A stretch of DNA of 32,000 nucleotides from Thermoproteus tenax Kra 1 (lineage in GTDB: Archaea > Thermoproteota > Thermoprotei > Thermoproteales > Thermoproteaceae), in assembly GCF_000253055.1 (NCBI RefSeq), contig NC_016070.1:1590001-1622000 (forward strand), read 5' to 3'. The stretch's first letter is position 1, and each line of letters opens with the position of its first letter. The notes beneath the pieces were generated by a model, which saw only the letters and a program-made list of their open reading frames with translations, was not told the DNA's origin and searched no databases. The position numbers and the translations under genes are program-made. This document shows, one piece after another, positions 8,221-17,910 of this stretch.

Positions 8221-9399
8221 ATGACTTCCATGAAGAAAGTAGTAATCATAGGGGGCGGGATAGCGGGTATGACAGTAGCAAAGACGTTGATCGAGGGCAA
8301 AGCGAATGTGGAGATAACAGTGCTCAACTCTTCGCCGCACTACTTCTCGGGGCCTAGCAGGCCTCTGTTGCTCACGGGCGAGCAAAGCCTGGACAGAATA
8401 GTCAGAGGCTATGAGGAGGCCATGGTCCGCGGCGTTAGGGTTATAACTGGGACTGTGTTCTCGATAGACCCAGATAATAGAAAGGTGAAGTACGTTGGAG
8501 GATATGCCTCAAGCGGGGGAACGGGCGAGCTCGCCTACGACTATCTAGTGGTAGCGCCGGGCGTTGTGTTGGATGGCTCCAACATAGTGGGCTACGATAA
8601 ATACAGACACAAAGTGGCCAATGTCTACGACCCCGGCAGAGTGCATGTGTTGAAAAATAGAGTGTGGAGCGCGGAAAGAGGGCGCATTGTAGTCTATGCC
8701 CCCAAGGCGCCCTACCGTTGTGCGCCTGCGCCGACCGAGACGGCGCTGTTGATAGATGCTGTGCTCCGCAATAGGGGAGTTCGCAACAGGTTTGAGATTA
8801 TACATATAGATGCCAACGACAAGACTCAGCCGCCAGTTATAGCAGATGTAGTATCCCAGATCTACCAAAACCAGGGAATACAGCTGGTGACCAACCAAGA
8901 GATCGTCGAAATAACGGATACCGAGGTAGTGACTAAGTCTGGGGAGAGGTACAAATACGACATATTGGCCCTGTTAGAGCCTAACAGAGCCCCTAAGTTC
9001 ATCGAAGAGGCCGGCCTCGGCAAAGCCTTCGTAGACGTGAGGGGACCTCAAGATCTGAGACATCCAAAATACGACGACATACTTGCTGCGGGCGATGCAG
9101 CGGCTTTGCCGTTCCCCAAGAACCAGGAGATAGCCTTTGAGAGCGCTCTATTCGCCGCTAACAAGATACTCGAGATGGAGGGCTCCGCCTATAGGGCATC
9201 GGTCCAGTACGCCTTCGTTGGATGGGCTTACGTGGGCAACCCCGAGGGAAGGCTCGAGACCCTCTCGGTGAGATTCGGCCTGGACTTCACCAGCCAACCG
9301 CCGAAGCCGACCAAGGACCCACAACCTAAGAGAGAATATACGGCCGCCAAGGACTCTTGGGAGCAGAGCTATTTAGCCAACCTTTTCGGCTATAAGTAG
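8221..9399 (+). CDS. FAD-dependent oxidoreductase, sulfide:quinone oxidoreductase / flavocytochrome c sulfide dehydrogenase-like
   Basis: [20 protein letters not shown] Rossmann motif, [33 protein letters not shown]. The start may be ATG 8230. Confidence 0.85.
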   Translation: MTSMKKVVIIGGGIAGMTVAKTLIEGKANVEITVLNSSPHYFSGPSRPLLLTGEQSLDRIVRGYEEAMVRGVRVITGTVFSIDPDNRKVKYVGGYASSGGTGELAYDYLVVAPGVVLDGSNIVGYDKYRHKVANVYDPGRVHVLKNRVWSAERGRIVVYAPKAPYRCAPAPTETALLIDAVLRNRGVRNRFEIIHIDANDKTQPPVIADVVSQIYQNQGIQLVTNQEIVEITDTEVVTKSGERYKYDILALLEPNRAPKFIEEAGLGKAFVDVRGPQDLRHPKYDDILAAGDAAALPFPKNQEIAFESALFAANKILEMEGSAYRASVQYAFVGWAYVGNPEGRLETLSVRFGLDFTSQPPKPTKDPQPKREYTAAKDSWEQSYLANLFGYK

Positions 9400-9553
9400 G
9401 ACTTTTCCCTCCACGATAGAGTATAGACAGCATCGCAAGGGCTCTTTTATGGCGTTCGAGCTTTCTCTGGACTCTGGCGCGATCTGCAGAAACGCCTCCC
9501 AGGCGACTGTTAGTTAAGGATAACGGCATAAATAGCGGCACTTTCTCTCCCTA

Positions 9554-10474
9554 GTGCACGGAGGCTCCTCTTGGGCTACGCCCAATCCTTTGGATTTCAG
9601 CGATAACCTCAACCCTTTGGGCCCTCCCCGGGCTCTGCTCGACCTAATCGCGGAGGCGGTGGAGAGGGGAGTCCACTTATGGTTCCCAGCACACTTGGCC
9701 GAAGAGACTCTATCTCAATACGAGGGCGTCGAAGTCACCGCGTTCAACGGGGCCACGGAGGCTCTGCTCGCCGTCCTCGTCTCGTTGAGGCCCAAGCGCT
9801 TGCTCCTTCCGTGGCCCACCTACGGCGATTACGAAAGGATCGGCCGCCATATAGGCGTTGACGTAGTGAAGGGCCCTCTATCCAGCTTAGTGGAGACGGC
9901 GGGCAACGGCGATGTCTTGATATTGTGTAACCCCAACAATCCTACCGGCAACCTAATGAGGCGCGACGAGCTCCTCGATCTGGACAGAGCCCTTAGGGCC
10001 CGGGGGGCCTACTTAGTCGTCGATGAGTCTTTCATCGACTTCGTTAAGGCCGAGAGCGCCGCGCCCGATGTACTCGTCGTTAAGTCCTATGGGAAGATAC
10101 TGGCCGTGCCCGGCCTAAGAATAGGCGCCGCGCTCGGCCGCATCAAGGGCGAGGTCAAGGCCCCCTGGCGCCTCAACTCGGTGGCCGACTACGCCCTATT
10201 TCATCTGGGCTCCGATGCGCTTAAACGACACAGAGAGGCCACTCGCGCCTATGTAGCCTCAGAGGCGCCTAGAGTTATGAGCCGGCTCGCCGCATGCGCC
10301 GAGGTTCACAGCTCAGCCCTCCACTTCTTTGTGGCGAAGCTCTCCGCCGAGCCCAGAGTTAAGGTTAGACCGCTCGACGATTTGGGTATGCGCGGATACT
10401 ACAGGATCTCTATAAAAGATAGGGAGAAGAACGAAGTCTTGATAAAATCGATATGCGCTGCCTCAGAGCGTTAG
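9554..10474 (+). CDS. cobD: PLP-dependent aminotransferase fold, CobD-like threonine-phosphate decarboxylase (HisC-like)
   Basis: NPLDFSDNLNPLGPP, LLCNPNNPTGNLM, VDESFIDF, VVKSYGKILAVPGLRIGAALG; directly upstream of and overlapping cobS. Confidence 0.8.
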   Translation: MHGGSSWATPNPLDFSDNLNPLGPPRALLDLIAEAVERGVHLWFPAHLAEETLSQYEGVEVTAFNGATEALLAVLVSLRPKRLLLPWPTYGDYERIGRHIGVDVVKGPLSSLVETAGNGDVLILCNPNNPTGNLMRRDELLDLDRALRARGAYLVVDESFIDFVKAESAAPDVLVVKSYGKILAVPGLRIGAALGRIKGEVKAPWRLNSVADYALFHLGSDALKRHREATRAYVASEAPRVMSRLAACAEVHSSALHFFVAKLSAEPRVKVRPLDDLGMRGYYRISIKDREKNEVLIKSICAASER

Positions 10475-11103
10475 TGAGCTTCTTTACAATTTTCCCTGTC
10501 AAAGCTGAGCTGGACTTCTCTTGCGCTTGGGCTCTGCCCTACGTAGTTGCCCCTCTCACGGGCGGGCTTGCCGCCTTGGCATTTTTCTATTTAGGCCCTC
10601 TGCCCTCCTACCTCCTCCTACTCTTGCTCACGGGCCTCAATCACTTAGATGGGCTCGCCGATACGGCAGACGCCCTGATGGTGCGCGAGAGATCGAGGGC
10701 TAGGCAAGTTCTTGAAGATCCGAGGAGGGGCACTGCCGGCATCTTCGCAGTTGTGGCATCTGTGGCGTTGGCATTATTCTATCTTAAGAGCCCCTGGCAA
10801 CTGCTCTTCGCAGAGCTCTTCTCTAAGGCCGTCACAGTGATCCTAGCCTCGTTCTCCCGGCCATTCAAGGAGGGCCTCGGCTCGACCTTCATAGGCTCAG
10901 TGAAACGCAAGTGGCCTCTCGCTGTCCCCGCCCTCGCCGTAGTCTCCATTGAGTACCCGTGGGCCACTCTATGCTCCACGGCGCTTTCGTTGTTCTTCTA
11001 CTATATAGCGTATAAACACTTGGGCGGCGCAAACGGAGATGTGCTCGGCTATCTGTTGGAGCTGAGCAGAGTGTTCTTTATAGTCTCTAGCGCTCGACTT
11101 TAG
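10453..11103 (+). CDS. cobS: Adenosylcobinamide-GDP ribazoletransferase (cobalamin-5'-phosphate synthase)
   Basis: FFTIFPVKAEL, LTGLNHLDGLADTADALM, DPRRGTAGIFAVV characteristic of CobS. Confidence 0.88.
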   Translation: MRCLRALVSFFTIFPVKAELDFSCAWALPYVVAPLTGGLAALAFFYLGPLPSYLLLLLLTGLNHLDGLADTADALMVRERSRARQVLEDPRRGTAGIFAVVASVALALFYLKSPWQLLFAELFSKAVTVILASFSRPFKEGLGSTFIGSVKRKWPLAVPALAVVSIEYPWATLCSTALSLFFYYIAYKHLGGANGDVLGYLLELSRVFFIVSSARL

Positions 11104-11386
11104 CTATCTTGCCCTCTATGGTCAACTCTTGGTCCATCCTTCTGTCTATCTTTATAATATAGTCTAGACGTTTGACGCCCATGGCCTCAAGCCTGGCCTC
11201 GATTCTCTTGAGTATCTCGGCCAACGTAGCGTAGTCGTCCAGCTCTATGTCGGTGAACCCCGCCGCGGTCCTGTACTTAACGCCGAGCTCCCTTAGGACC
11301 TCGGTCGCCGCCCTGACGTAGGACGAGAGGTGCGTCGAGCCGGTCCCCAGAGGCGTCACTGATAGGCTCACTACCATCTTGGCCAT
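11087..11386 (-). CDS. MTH1187/DUF77-family thiamine-binding-like protein
   Basis: MAKMVVSLSVTPLGTGSTHLSSYVRAATEVLRELGVKYRTAAGFTDIE. The track's longer ORF (to 11881) is antisense read-through; ATG at 11386 gives the family-typical ~100 aa. Confidence 0.8.
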   Translation of the reverse strand: MAKMVVSLSVTPLGTGSTHLSSYVRAATEVLRELGVKYRTAAGFTDIELDDYATLAEILKRIEARLEAMGVKRLDYIIKIDRRMDQELTIEGKIAKVER

Positions 11387-11456
11387 GTGATGAGAATAGT
11401 CCCCCTTTTTAGCGTTTATCCTCTCTAAAAATTTAAATAGATAAATAATTACTATT

Positions 11457-11912
11457 ATGAGCTGGAGACCTGTAGAAAACATAGAAAGGGACCTTGAAAA
11501 AGCGGAGGAAAACTCTGCATTGTACGGCGGAATATTAGTGAAAGGCGGCAACGTTGTTGAGATAAGTACGGGCGTCATAATTGCGGCGAGGTTCGCCGAC
11601 AAGCTACGCAGAGCCGCCTTTGCCGCGTTCAAAAATATGGTGAAACAAGAGGAGATACTGAAGTCTGTGGCGGATCTTAACAGGTCGTTATACGAAAAGC
11701 TAGTGGCAATGGGCATAGGGAAGCTCGACATAATCAGGATATCGGTCGAGGCAAAGGTCGAGGACGGCAGACTGACCTTCGGAGAGCCCCGCGTTGAACA
11801 CTTCGTGCCCAGCACTAGGGTGAAGGAGCTCCAAGACCAACTCGAGAGCTGTAAGGCTCTGTTGCAAGGCTTGAAGAGCAAGTTAGAGGACGTCCTAAAG
11901 GAGCTGGCCTAA
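11457..11912 (+). CDS. DUF2258-like conserved archaeal protein
   Basis: MSWRPVENIERDLEKAEENSALYGGILVKGGNVVEISTGVIIAARFADKLRRAAF..., strong codon usage, start close to a TATA-like AAATTTAAATAG. Confidence 0.5.
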   Translation: MSWRPVENIERDLEKAEENSALYGGILVKGGNVVEISTGVIIAARFADKLRRAAFAAFKNMVKQEEILKSVADLNRSLYEKLVAMGIGKLDIIRISVEAKVEDGRLTFGEPRVEHFVPSTRVKELQDQLESCKALLQGLKSKLEDVLKELA

Positions 11913-12631
11913 CAGCTTCGCAGAGCCTCTCTGAACTCTCTGGCTAGAGATGGGTTTTTCATCAACGCCGTGCCGATGAGAACGCCGCGTGCCCCCTTCC
12001 TGCACACGGCTCTCACTTGATGCGGCTCTGTTATTCCGCTCTCTACGATGAAGTCGGCCTTGCCCCGCACCCTCTCGGCGATCTCAAGAGCTCTCTCTAA
12101 TGAGACAGCCAAAGTGTTGAGGTCCCTCGAGTTTATTCCCAAGAGCACGTCGCCCAACTCTACGGCCTCTAGGGCCTCTTGAACTGACCCCACCTCAACC
12201 AACGGCGTAAGGCCGCGCGACTTTGTATATCCATAGAGCTCTGCTGTTCTCTCTCCCGCGAATTTATATATTATCAGAACTGCGTCTGCGCCGTAGCCGT
12301 AGGCCACGTCTATCTGCTCCCGATAGGCCACGAAGTCCTTGGCCAACACGGGCCTTAAGCTCTTAGCCAAGTGCACAAAGCGCCAGTCACCCAAAAACCA
12401 GAACGGCTCAGTTAACACTGAGAACGCTTGGACATATTGGGCCACTGAGCTGAAGTACTCCCACGGAGGTAGATCTAATCTGACGATGCCCGTGGGAGAT
12501 GCCCGTTTGTACTCGGCTATTATCCCGAAGTCTCCCAACGCCTTCCGGAAGTCTTGTACAGGCACCTCCCTTTCCACAATCCTCTCGCGCCTATACTTCA
12601 ACGAATCTCTGACCTTCTCCAAAAAACTCAT
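11909..12631 (-). CDS. trpC: Indole-3-glycerol phosphate synthase
   Basis: [34 protein letters not shown]-like, [28 protein letters not shown]. Confidence 0.93.
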   Translation of the reverse strand: MSFLEKVRDSLKYRRERIVEREVPVQDFRKALGDFGIIAEYKRASPTGIVRLDLPPWEYFSSVAQYVQAFSVLTEPFWFLGDWRFVHLAKSLRPVLAKDFVAYREQIDVAYGYGADAVLIIYKFAGERTAELYGYTKSRGLTPLVEVGSVQEALEAVELGDVLLGINSRDLNTLAVSLERALEIAERVRGKADFIVESGITEPHQVRAVCRKGARGVLIGTALMKNPSLAREFREALRSC

Positions 12632-13206
12632 ATCTTGTCCAAGAAGTTCTTGATAATTTGTCTTCCGTAATCTGTCCCCACAGACTCTGGATGGAACTGT
12701 ACCCCGAACGTCTTGTACTCTACATGGCGCAAGCCCATTATCTCTCCATCGTCCAAGGACACGGCCTCCACAACTAGGGAACTAGGCACCTCGTCCACCA
12801 CGAGGCTGTGGTACCTCATGCCGTAGAACACTTCGGGCACTCCGTCGTAGAGCGCTCCTCCCATATGTTTTATCGGGCTCCTCTTTCCGTGTTTTATTGT
12901 CCTCGCATGCCTTATCCTTCCTCCGAACACCGAGCCTATTATCTGATGCCCTAGACATACCCCCAATATGGGAATTCTGGGCGCATATCTCTTGACAACC
13001 TCTCTGGATATCCCCACATCCCGCGGGTTCTCCGGATGTCCAGGGCCCGGCGAGATTATTATGCGGTCAGGCCTTATCCTCTCTATTGCCGATATTGTTA
13101 TCTCGTCGTTGCGGAGCACTATGGGCCGCGAGCCCAGCTCGCCTACGTACTGGGCTATATTGTAAGTGAATGAGTCGTAGTTGTCTATGATGAGCGTTAC
13201 GTCCAT
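12628..13206 (-). CDS. trpG: Anthranilate synthase glutamine amidotransferase subunit
   Basis: [62 protein letters not shown]. Confidence 0.94.
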   Translation of the reverse strand: MDVTLIIDNYDSFTYNIAQYVGELGSRPIVLRNDEITISAIERIRPDRIIISPGPGHPENPRDVGISREVVKRYAPRIPILGVCLGHQIIGSVFGGRIRHARTIKHGKRSPIKHMGGALYDGVPEVFYGMRYHSLVVDEVPSSLVVEAVSLDDGEIMGLRHVEYKTFGVQFHPESVGTDYGRQIIKNFLDKI

Positions 13207-14456
13207 ATCGCCTTCAAATGGGCCATCTTGTATTCAGTCTCTCTGAGCTCCCTCTCGGGCGTCGAGTCGTAGACTACTCCTGCGCCGGCCTGTATCTTTG
13301 CCTCGTTCCCTTTCACTATCAGCGTCCTGATAACTATGGCGAGCTCCCCGCCGGAAGGCGCCATCACACCGAACCCGCCCGCGTAGGGACCTCTGGGCCT
13401 ATCCTCCAGCTCTCCTATTATCTCCATAGCTCTCACCTTCGGCGCGCCCGATACAGTGCCCGCAGGATGTAGAGCCCATATGCCGTCAACTATGTTGTAC
13501 TTCGGCTCGAGCACCCCCGATACTCTGGAGACCAGATGTTGTACGTGGCTGTATTTCTCTATCGCGAGCAATTCGTTGACCTTAACAGTCCCGAATCTGC
13601 TTATCTTCCCTACATCGTTTCTAGCTAAATCTACTAGCATCATGTGCTCTGCCAGCTCCTTCTCGTCCGACAACATGTCCTCCTCAAGCTTGAGATCCTC
13701 GCGCTCAGTAGAGCCTCTGGGCCTCGTTCCTGCTATGGGGTGCGTCTCCACTATGTCGCCCTGCACCTTAACTAGAAGCTCCGGAGACGTCCCTATGAGC
13801 GCCATATCGTCTAACGCGAAGAAGTACATATACGGCGATGGATTAAGCGTCGCCAGCCTTTCATAGGCATTGAATAGGTTGCCAGATATCTCGAAGACCT
13901 CGCTTCTTGAAAGAACCACTTGGAAGATCTCACCGTCCTTAATACGCCGTAGCGCCTCGGCGACGCTCCTCTTGAAGTATTCGTCATCCGTTCTATACAA
14001 CGTTCTCCCCTGTCTGAGAGGCCTTCCCTCGCTCTGCATAGATATAGCCGGCGTTCTGCCTACCACATACGCCCTTTTGAGCAAGTTGTCGTAGATAACA
14101 ACGTTCTCGGGCACAACGAAGACGCCGAGAGGAAATGCGTTATCCGTCTTGATCTTGCCCGTTAAGCTCGGCTCGATCTCCACAACGACGTCGTAGGCGA
14201 CGAACCCTATTGCTAGATCGCCGCCGAAGGGTCCCTCGTATCTCTGTAGACCCCTATAGAGCCTTTGTAGCTCATCGTAAACGCGGGAAGATGCCCTGAC
14301 CTCCTCCCTGATGCCCCATGCTACAATTGTATAACGTGCTCTATCAGGAAAGCCAGGACCTGATTCCAACAATGCAACAAATTCCTCGCCAGATATATAG
14401 AGAGATTTCGCAAGAGATCTAGGGCTAGGCAATTCCGAGAGCGGGACCTTTACCAC
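13197..14456 (-). CDS. trpE: Anthranilate synthase component I
   Basis: [65 protein letters not shown] start at 14456 with CTTAAAAAG about 25 nt upstream. Confidence 0.93.
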   Translation of the reverse strand: MVKVPLSELPSPRSLAKSLYISGEEFVALLESGPGFPDRARYTIVAWGIREEVRASSRVYDELQRLYRGLQRYEGPFGGDLAIGFVAYDVVVEIEPSLTGKIKTDNAFPLGVFVVPENVVIYDNLLKRAYVVGRTPAISMQSEGRPLRQGRTLYRTDDEYFKRSVAEALRRIKDGEIFQVVLSRSEVFEISGNLFNAYERLATLNPSPYMYFFALDDMALIGTSPELLVKVQGDIVETHPIAGTRPRGSTEREDLKLEEDMLSDEKELAEHMMLVDLARNDVGKISRFGTVKVNELLAIEKYSHVQHLVSRVSGVLEPKYNIVDGIWALHPAGTVSGAPKVRAMEIIGELEDRPRGPYAGGFGVMAPSGGELAIVIRTLIVKGNEAKIQAGAGVVYDSTPERELRETEYKMAHLKAIWT

Positions 14457-14501
14457 CCCGACGCCATCTACACTTATAATTCTCCGCTTTTTAAGTTTTC
14501 A

Positions 14502-14792
14502 GTGATAGCGCTATTGACTACTCTGGGCGGAAAAGAGAGGAGCGTCGCCCAAGACCTCTGCGACTGTCTCTATGGAAACGGCGATACACAAGTTCGATGC
14601 GAGCCGATCTACCCAGGGGTCCTCTTCGTGGAGTTCCAGAGGAGGGAGACTCTGGAGCTTTGTCTCTCCATGAAGTATTTTAGAGTATTAGTCAGGCGTA
14701 TCGAGATCTACGAGAAGGTCGTCAGATCGACCGAGACGCCTCCAGGAGCTAAGAAGGTGGGCGATTACATCTTTCTAGGTCGGTATATATAG
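14502..14792 (+). CDS. Small protein, possible standalone THUMP-like domain
   Basis: MIALLTTLGGKERSVAQDLCDCLYGNGDTQVRCEPIYPGVLFVEFQ... resembles the THUMP pattern weakly; own promoter TTATAATT divergent from trpE. Confidence 0.4.
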   Translation: MIALLTTLGGKERSVAQDLCDCLYGNGDTQVRCEPIYPGVLFVEFQRRETLELCLSMKYFRVLVRRIEIYEKVVRSTETPPGAKKVGDYIFLGRYI

Positions 14793-15306
14793 AGTTTGAC
14801 GTCGTCGAACTTCGCGACTAACTCCATATTGGGCACCTCCCAATAGTAGGATATGACCAGCGCATCCCTCCGTAGCTCTCTGTTGAACTTCTCAGCAAGT
14901 CTCTCGTTGACAGAGGGCCACTGAAAGATGTATACTATATCGGCGTCCTCAAGAGGCACATTGAACATATCGCCCCGAATCACCGTACAGCCTGGGCATC
15001 TGAGCTTACATATTAGAGCTCTGATGGGATCTATCTCGACGCCCACTGCCCGCGCGCCCGATCTATATGCGGCCACCAACACCGAGCCGTAGCCACAACC
15101 TAACTCGTACAATGTCTTCCCCCTTACGTTGATGGCCTTAAACGCAACCTCCACAGCCCTCCGAGCAGATTTGCCGTAGCCGGCGCCCTTGCCAGTAATG
15201 TGTGGCCAGAGTAAGTGTAAAGATAACACAAGCGCGAGTAACAGCGCTATTGCGTAGAACACTTTCTCACGAGGAGTTCGCCGTTCTTGAGCGATATAAT
15301 TGTCAC
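14765..15306 (-). CDS. SAM-dependent methyltransferase with N-terminal membrane anchor
   Basis: TLYELGCGYGSVLVAAYRSGARAVGVEIDP motif I. N-terminal hydrophobic VFYAIALLLALVLSLHLLW. Start uncertain (the track's 15352 overlaps the upstream gene by over 100 nt; approximate start near GTG 15306). Confidence 0.6.
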
Positions 15307-15627
15307 ACACTCGCCCACTTCCGCCGTGCAGCCATCGCAGACAGCGCGCCAAAGCTCGCCGTCTACTTTAACAATCCCGTAGGGTCTCAGCGGCTCAACT
15401 ACAGTTGCCCTCTCTCCCACAGGTATCGGGGATCTAACCAGTGGCTTCCTGAAGGTGAGCCGCGCGTAAAGAACGTAGGAGTACAGACCTATTAACGCCA
15501 GAGATGCCGGCACCCCCAAGAGGGGCGGGATGTAGCCGGCCACCGATAGCGCTATAAGTAAGACGCCGGCTATTAACAGAACCAAAGAGGAGATGTGGAG
15601 GACCCCTCTGAGATCGTGCTCAGACAT
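15247..15627 (-). CDS. NfeD-like membrane protein (two TM segments plus C-terminal OB-like domain)
   Basis: LVLLIAGVLLIALSVAGYIPPLLGVPASLALIGLYSYVLYARLTFRKPLVRS...GERATVVEPLRPYGIVKVDGELWRAVCDG. Confidence 0.65.
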   Translation of the reverse strand: MSEHDLRGVLHISSLVLLIAGVLLIALSVAGYIPPLLGVPASLALIGLYSYVLYARLTFRKPLVRSPIPVGERATVVEPLRPYGIVKVDGELWRAVCDGCTAEVGECVTIISLKNGELLVRKCSTQ

Positions 15628-15630
15628 AAC

Positions 15631-15878
15631 GAGCCCCTCTCCGCCTTAGGCGGGGTCTGTGCTGTGGGAGTCTCGCCCGTTGCTCCTCGCCGGGACTAAT
15701 GGGCCGCTCCTGGCGAGCATCACGGCGGGGCGTCCCCTCGCCTGGGCCCTCGGCCGTTGACCCGCCCTCGCTGTATTGAACGCGCCACTGTTCAAATCTT
15801 TCTTCACTAACTCTGCCATGAGAGGATATAGATGCCGACTTAAATTCATCCCCGCCTTGAGGGATATGGCTTGTTGTT
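15631..15878 (-). mobile_element. Degenerate miniature TnpB-type (IS200/IS605-like) element, 248 bp
   Basis: Minus strand left end AACAACAAGCCATATCCCTCAAGGCGGGGATG; leader ATGGCAGAGTTAGTGAAG; C-terminal peptide-like SNGRDSHSTDPA; right end GACCCCGCCTAAGGCGGAGAGGGGCTC. Aligns with the copies at 23328-23580 and 24431-25122. Confidence 0.7.
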
Positions 15879-15933
15879 CCCACATGTCGGTGGGGACATG
15901 GGCAAGGAGGGGCCACAAAGGGGTCAAACGGGG

Positions 15934-16347
15934 TCATGTAAGTCTCTTAAGCGCAAAGTTGGTTATAAGCCAAGGGTCGAAATCTCTCTCGGGATAGTAG
16001 GGGAGCCCTCGCGGCAGCGATTTCAAGGCCTTCTCTACCTCCTCCCTCTTTCCGTAGACTGCCACAACATATTCGCTGAGTCCCAACGGCGAGGTGGTAG
16101 CCACCGCGCTCTCTATTGAATCTTGTTGAGTCAAGTACATTAACGCAGATATACGGCTGTCTCTGGCCGGACCCTTCAGCGCATAGGCATACACAAGGGC
16201 TTGGAGCAGATATCTCCAGTCTCTGACGGCCTCGGGCCTCACCGCTATCGCCAACGCGCCGCTTCCCAAAGATGCCAAGATCTCCTTAGTCAAAGGCTCC
16301 GAGCTGACCAGGATCACCTCTATACACATATCGTTGCTACAAATCAC
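15934..16347 (-). CDS. Cgi121-like (KEOPS subunit-like) protein
   Basis: RISALMYLTQQDSIESAVATTSPLGLSEYVVAVYG resembles the Cgi121 core (LEILLYLSGTRQI..AI...G..); tentative. Confidence 0.45.
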   Translation of the reverse strand: MICSNDMCIEVILVSSEPLTKEILASLGSGALAIAVRPEAVRDWRYLLQALVYAYALKGPARDSRISALMYLTQQDSIESAVATTSPLGLSEYVVAVYGKREEVEKALKSLPRGLPYYPERDFDPWLITNFALKRLT

Positions 16348-16465
16348 GCGATTGTGGGACTAATCCCTTTATATTCTTAGAGTTAACCGAAACTTTTCAT
16401 TTACTGATTAATAGAAAGCACGTGGTTATCTGAAAATTTTATTAATCCTAGCAGGTAGAGGTCAT

Positions 16466-17623
16466 ATGAAGATTATCCTTAGGGAGGAGGTCTTCAACCC
16501 CGACTATGTGCCGCCCTCGTTGCCTCACCGCGAAGAGCAGATGAGGCAACTCCTCGCATATATGCGGAACTTTATAGAGAGCCCCGGCTCTTTCTATCCA
16601 CGCGTCGTTTTAGTGGGCAGACAGGGGAGTGGAAAGACGGTCACCTTGAGATCCTTCGGCAAATCCCTCAAACCCCCCGTCAAATTCGCCCACGTCTCCT
16701 GTTTCACCAACAGGACCTTCACGACAATAATCTACAGTCTGGCGCAACAACTGGGCATAGCTGTGCCCAAACGGGGCTTGGGCAGAGACGAACTTGTCAA
16801 TGTCTTTCTCGACCAAATTAAGGAGAAGGATATATATGCTATCATTGCGCTTGATGATGTCTTCAACTTGACGCCAGATATAATCTCAGTCTTCATACGT
16901 ATGGGGTTGGAGACGGACAAAATGGGCGCACACAGGATCGGGCTGGCCTTGGTGAGCCACACGCCCGACTTCATAGACGCCCTCGACCCCTCCACGCGCG
17001 GCATATTGGGAAAACCGCTGGTGAGGTTTCCGCCGTATACTAAGGAGCAGATATTCGACATATTGAAACAGAGGGCTGAGATGGCGCTGGCGCGCGGCTC
17101 CTACGATGAGGAGATACTCTATATGATAGCCGACATTACGGGCGCAGAGGAGGGGCAAAACAACAGGGGCGATGCCAGGTTGGCCCTAGATATATTGTAT
17201 CGTGCCGCCAACGGGGCTGAGGAGGAGGGCTTGAGCCGTATCACTGCCGAACACGTGCGTCGGGCCAGCAAGGAAGTGCTCGTGGGCGTCTCCTCGGACG
17301 TCTTACAAGGCCTTCCTCTACACGCTAAGCTGCTGCTCCTGGCCATAGTCAGAGCTCTTAAGAGGGGCAAGCCCTATGTGACCTTCGGCGAAGTCGAGGA
17401 TATGTACAAGATATTATGCGAGGAGTTCGGCCAGAGGCCCAGAGCCCACAGCCAGCTGTGGACGTATCTAAACGAGCTAAAGAGCAAGGGGATAGTCGAG
17501 ACTAGGCCCAATAAGCGCGGTGAAGGCCTGCGGGGACGCACGACTTTGATATCGATAGGCACAGAGCCTCTCGATGCCTTGGAGAGGACTATCTCGGCAA
17601 TGGCTATGAACGAGCTCAGATGA
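16466..17623 (+). CDS. cdc6: Orc1/Cdc6-type replication initiator AAA+ ATPase
   Basis: PSLPHREEQMRQL, VVLVGRQGSGKTVTLR, IIALDDV, C-terminal winged-helix TLISIGTEPLD. Confidence 0.88.
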   Translation: MKIILREEVFNPDYVPPSLPHREEQMRQLLAYMRNFIESPGSFYPRVVLVGRQGSGKTVTLRSFGKSLKPPVKFAHVSCFTNRTFTTIIYSLAQQLGIAVPKRGLGRDELVNVFLDQIKEKDIYAIIALDDVFNLTPDIISVFIRMGLETDKMGAHRIGLALVSHTPDFIDALDPSTRGILGKPLVRFPPYTKEQIFDILKQRAEMALARGSYDEEILYMIADITGAEEGQNNRGDARLALDILYRAANGAEEEGLSRITAEHVRRASKEVLVGVSSDVLQGLPLHAKLLLLAIVRALKRGKPYVTFGEVEDMYKILCEEFGQRPRAHSQLWTYLNELKSKGIVETRPNKRGEGLRGRTTLISIGTEPLDALERTISAMAMNELR

Positions 17624-17910
17624 CCGATGCAGATTTCGTGTTGGGGGCAAAAACTAGGATCAAGATAATACGCGAGCTATATAAATTGGCCGAGACCAAC
17701 ACCACCGATCTAGCGCGCAGGCTCGGCTTGAGCTACAACCAGTTGGAGGTACACTTGAGGATACTTAGGGAGGCTGGGATAATAGAGGAACACAGGATCG
17801 GGAGAGTCCGGTTGGTCTCTCTGAGGAGGGAGCCCGAGGTGTTGGAGCTGGCCAAGGCCATATCTAATCTGGCGCAGCTGTTAGAGCGCACCAAAAAGGC
17901 TAGCTCCTAG
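17620..17910 (+). CDS. ArsR-like winged helix-turn-helix transcriptional regulator
   Basis: KIIRELYKLAETNTTDLARRLGLSYNQLEVHLRILREAGIIEEHRIGRVRLV. Confidence 0.8.
   Translation: MTDADFVLGAKTRIKIIRELYKLAETNTTDLARRLGLSYNQLEVHLRILREAGIIEEHRIGRVRLVSLRREPEVLELAKAISNLAQLLERTKKASS

Noticed and set aside
9400-9553. RNase P RNA, suggested by GGAGGGAAAAGTCC on the minus strand
   Set aside because: The match to the conserved GAGGAAAGUCC core is imperfect and no partner ACAGAA-type motif was found nearby.
5735-11103. Treating the whole cobamide region as one operon
   Set aside because: A promoter-like region and AT-rich spacer precede the SQR-like gene at 8221, and the CobT-like gene has its own TATA. 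These appear to be at least three transcription units.
11387-11881. Upstream extension of minus-strand ORF 11087..11881 in the track
   Set aside because: It is entirely antisense to the 11457-11912 gene and low complexity in translation. The family-typical thiamine-binding-like protein starts at ATG 11386.
13456-13866. Plus-strand ORF of 136 aa inside trpE
   Set aside because: It is a Ser/Thr/Leu-rich antisense mirror of a confidently identified trpE, with no promoter or family resemblance.
15620-15937. Plus-strand ORF of 105 aa across the mini-element
   Set aside because: It reads the element in the antisense direction; composition is GC-driven with no family match.
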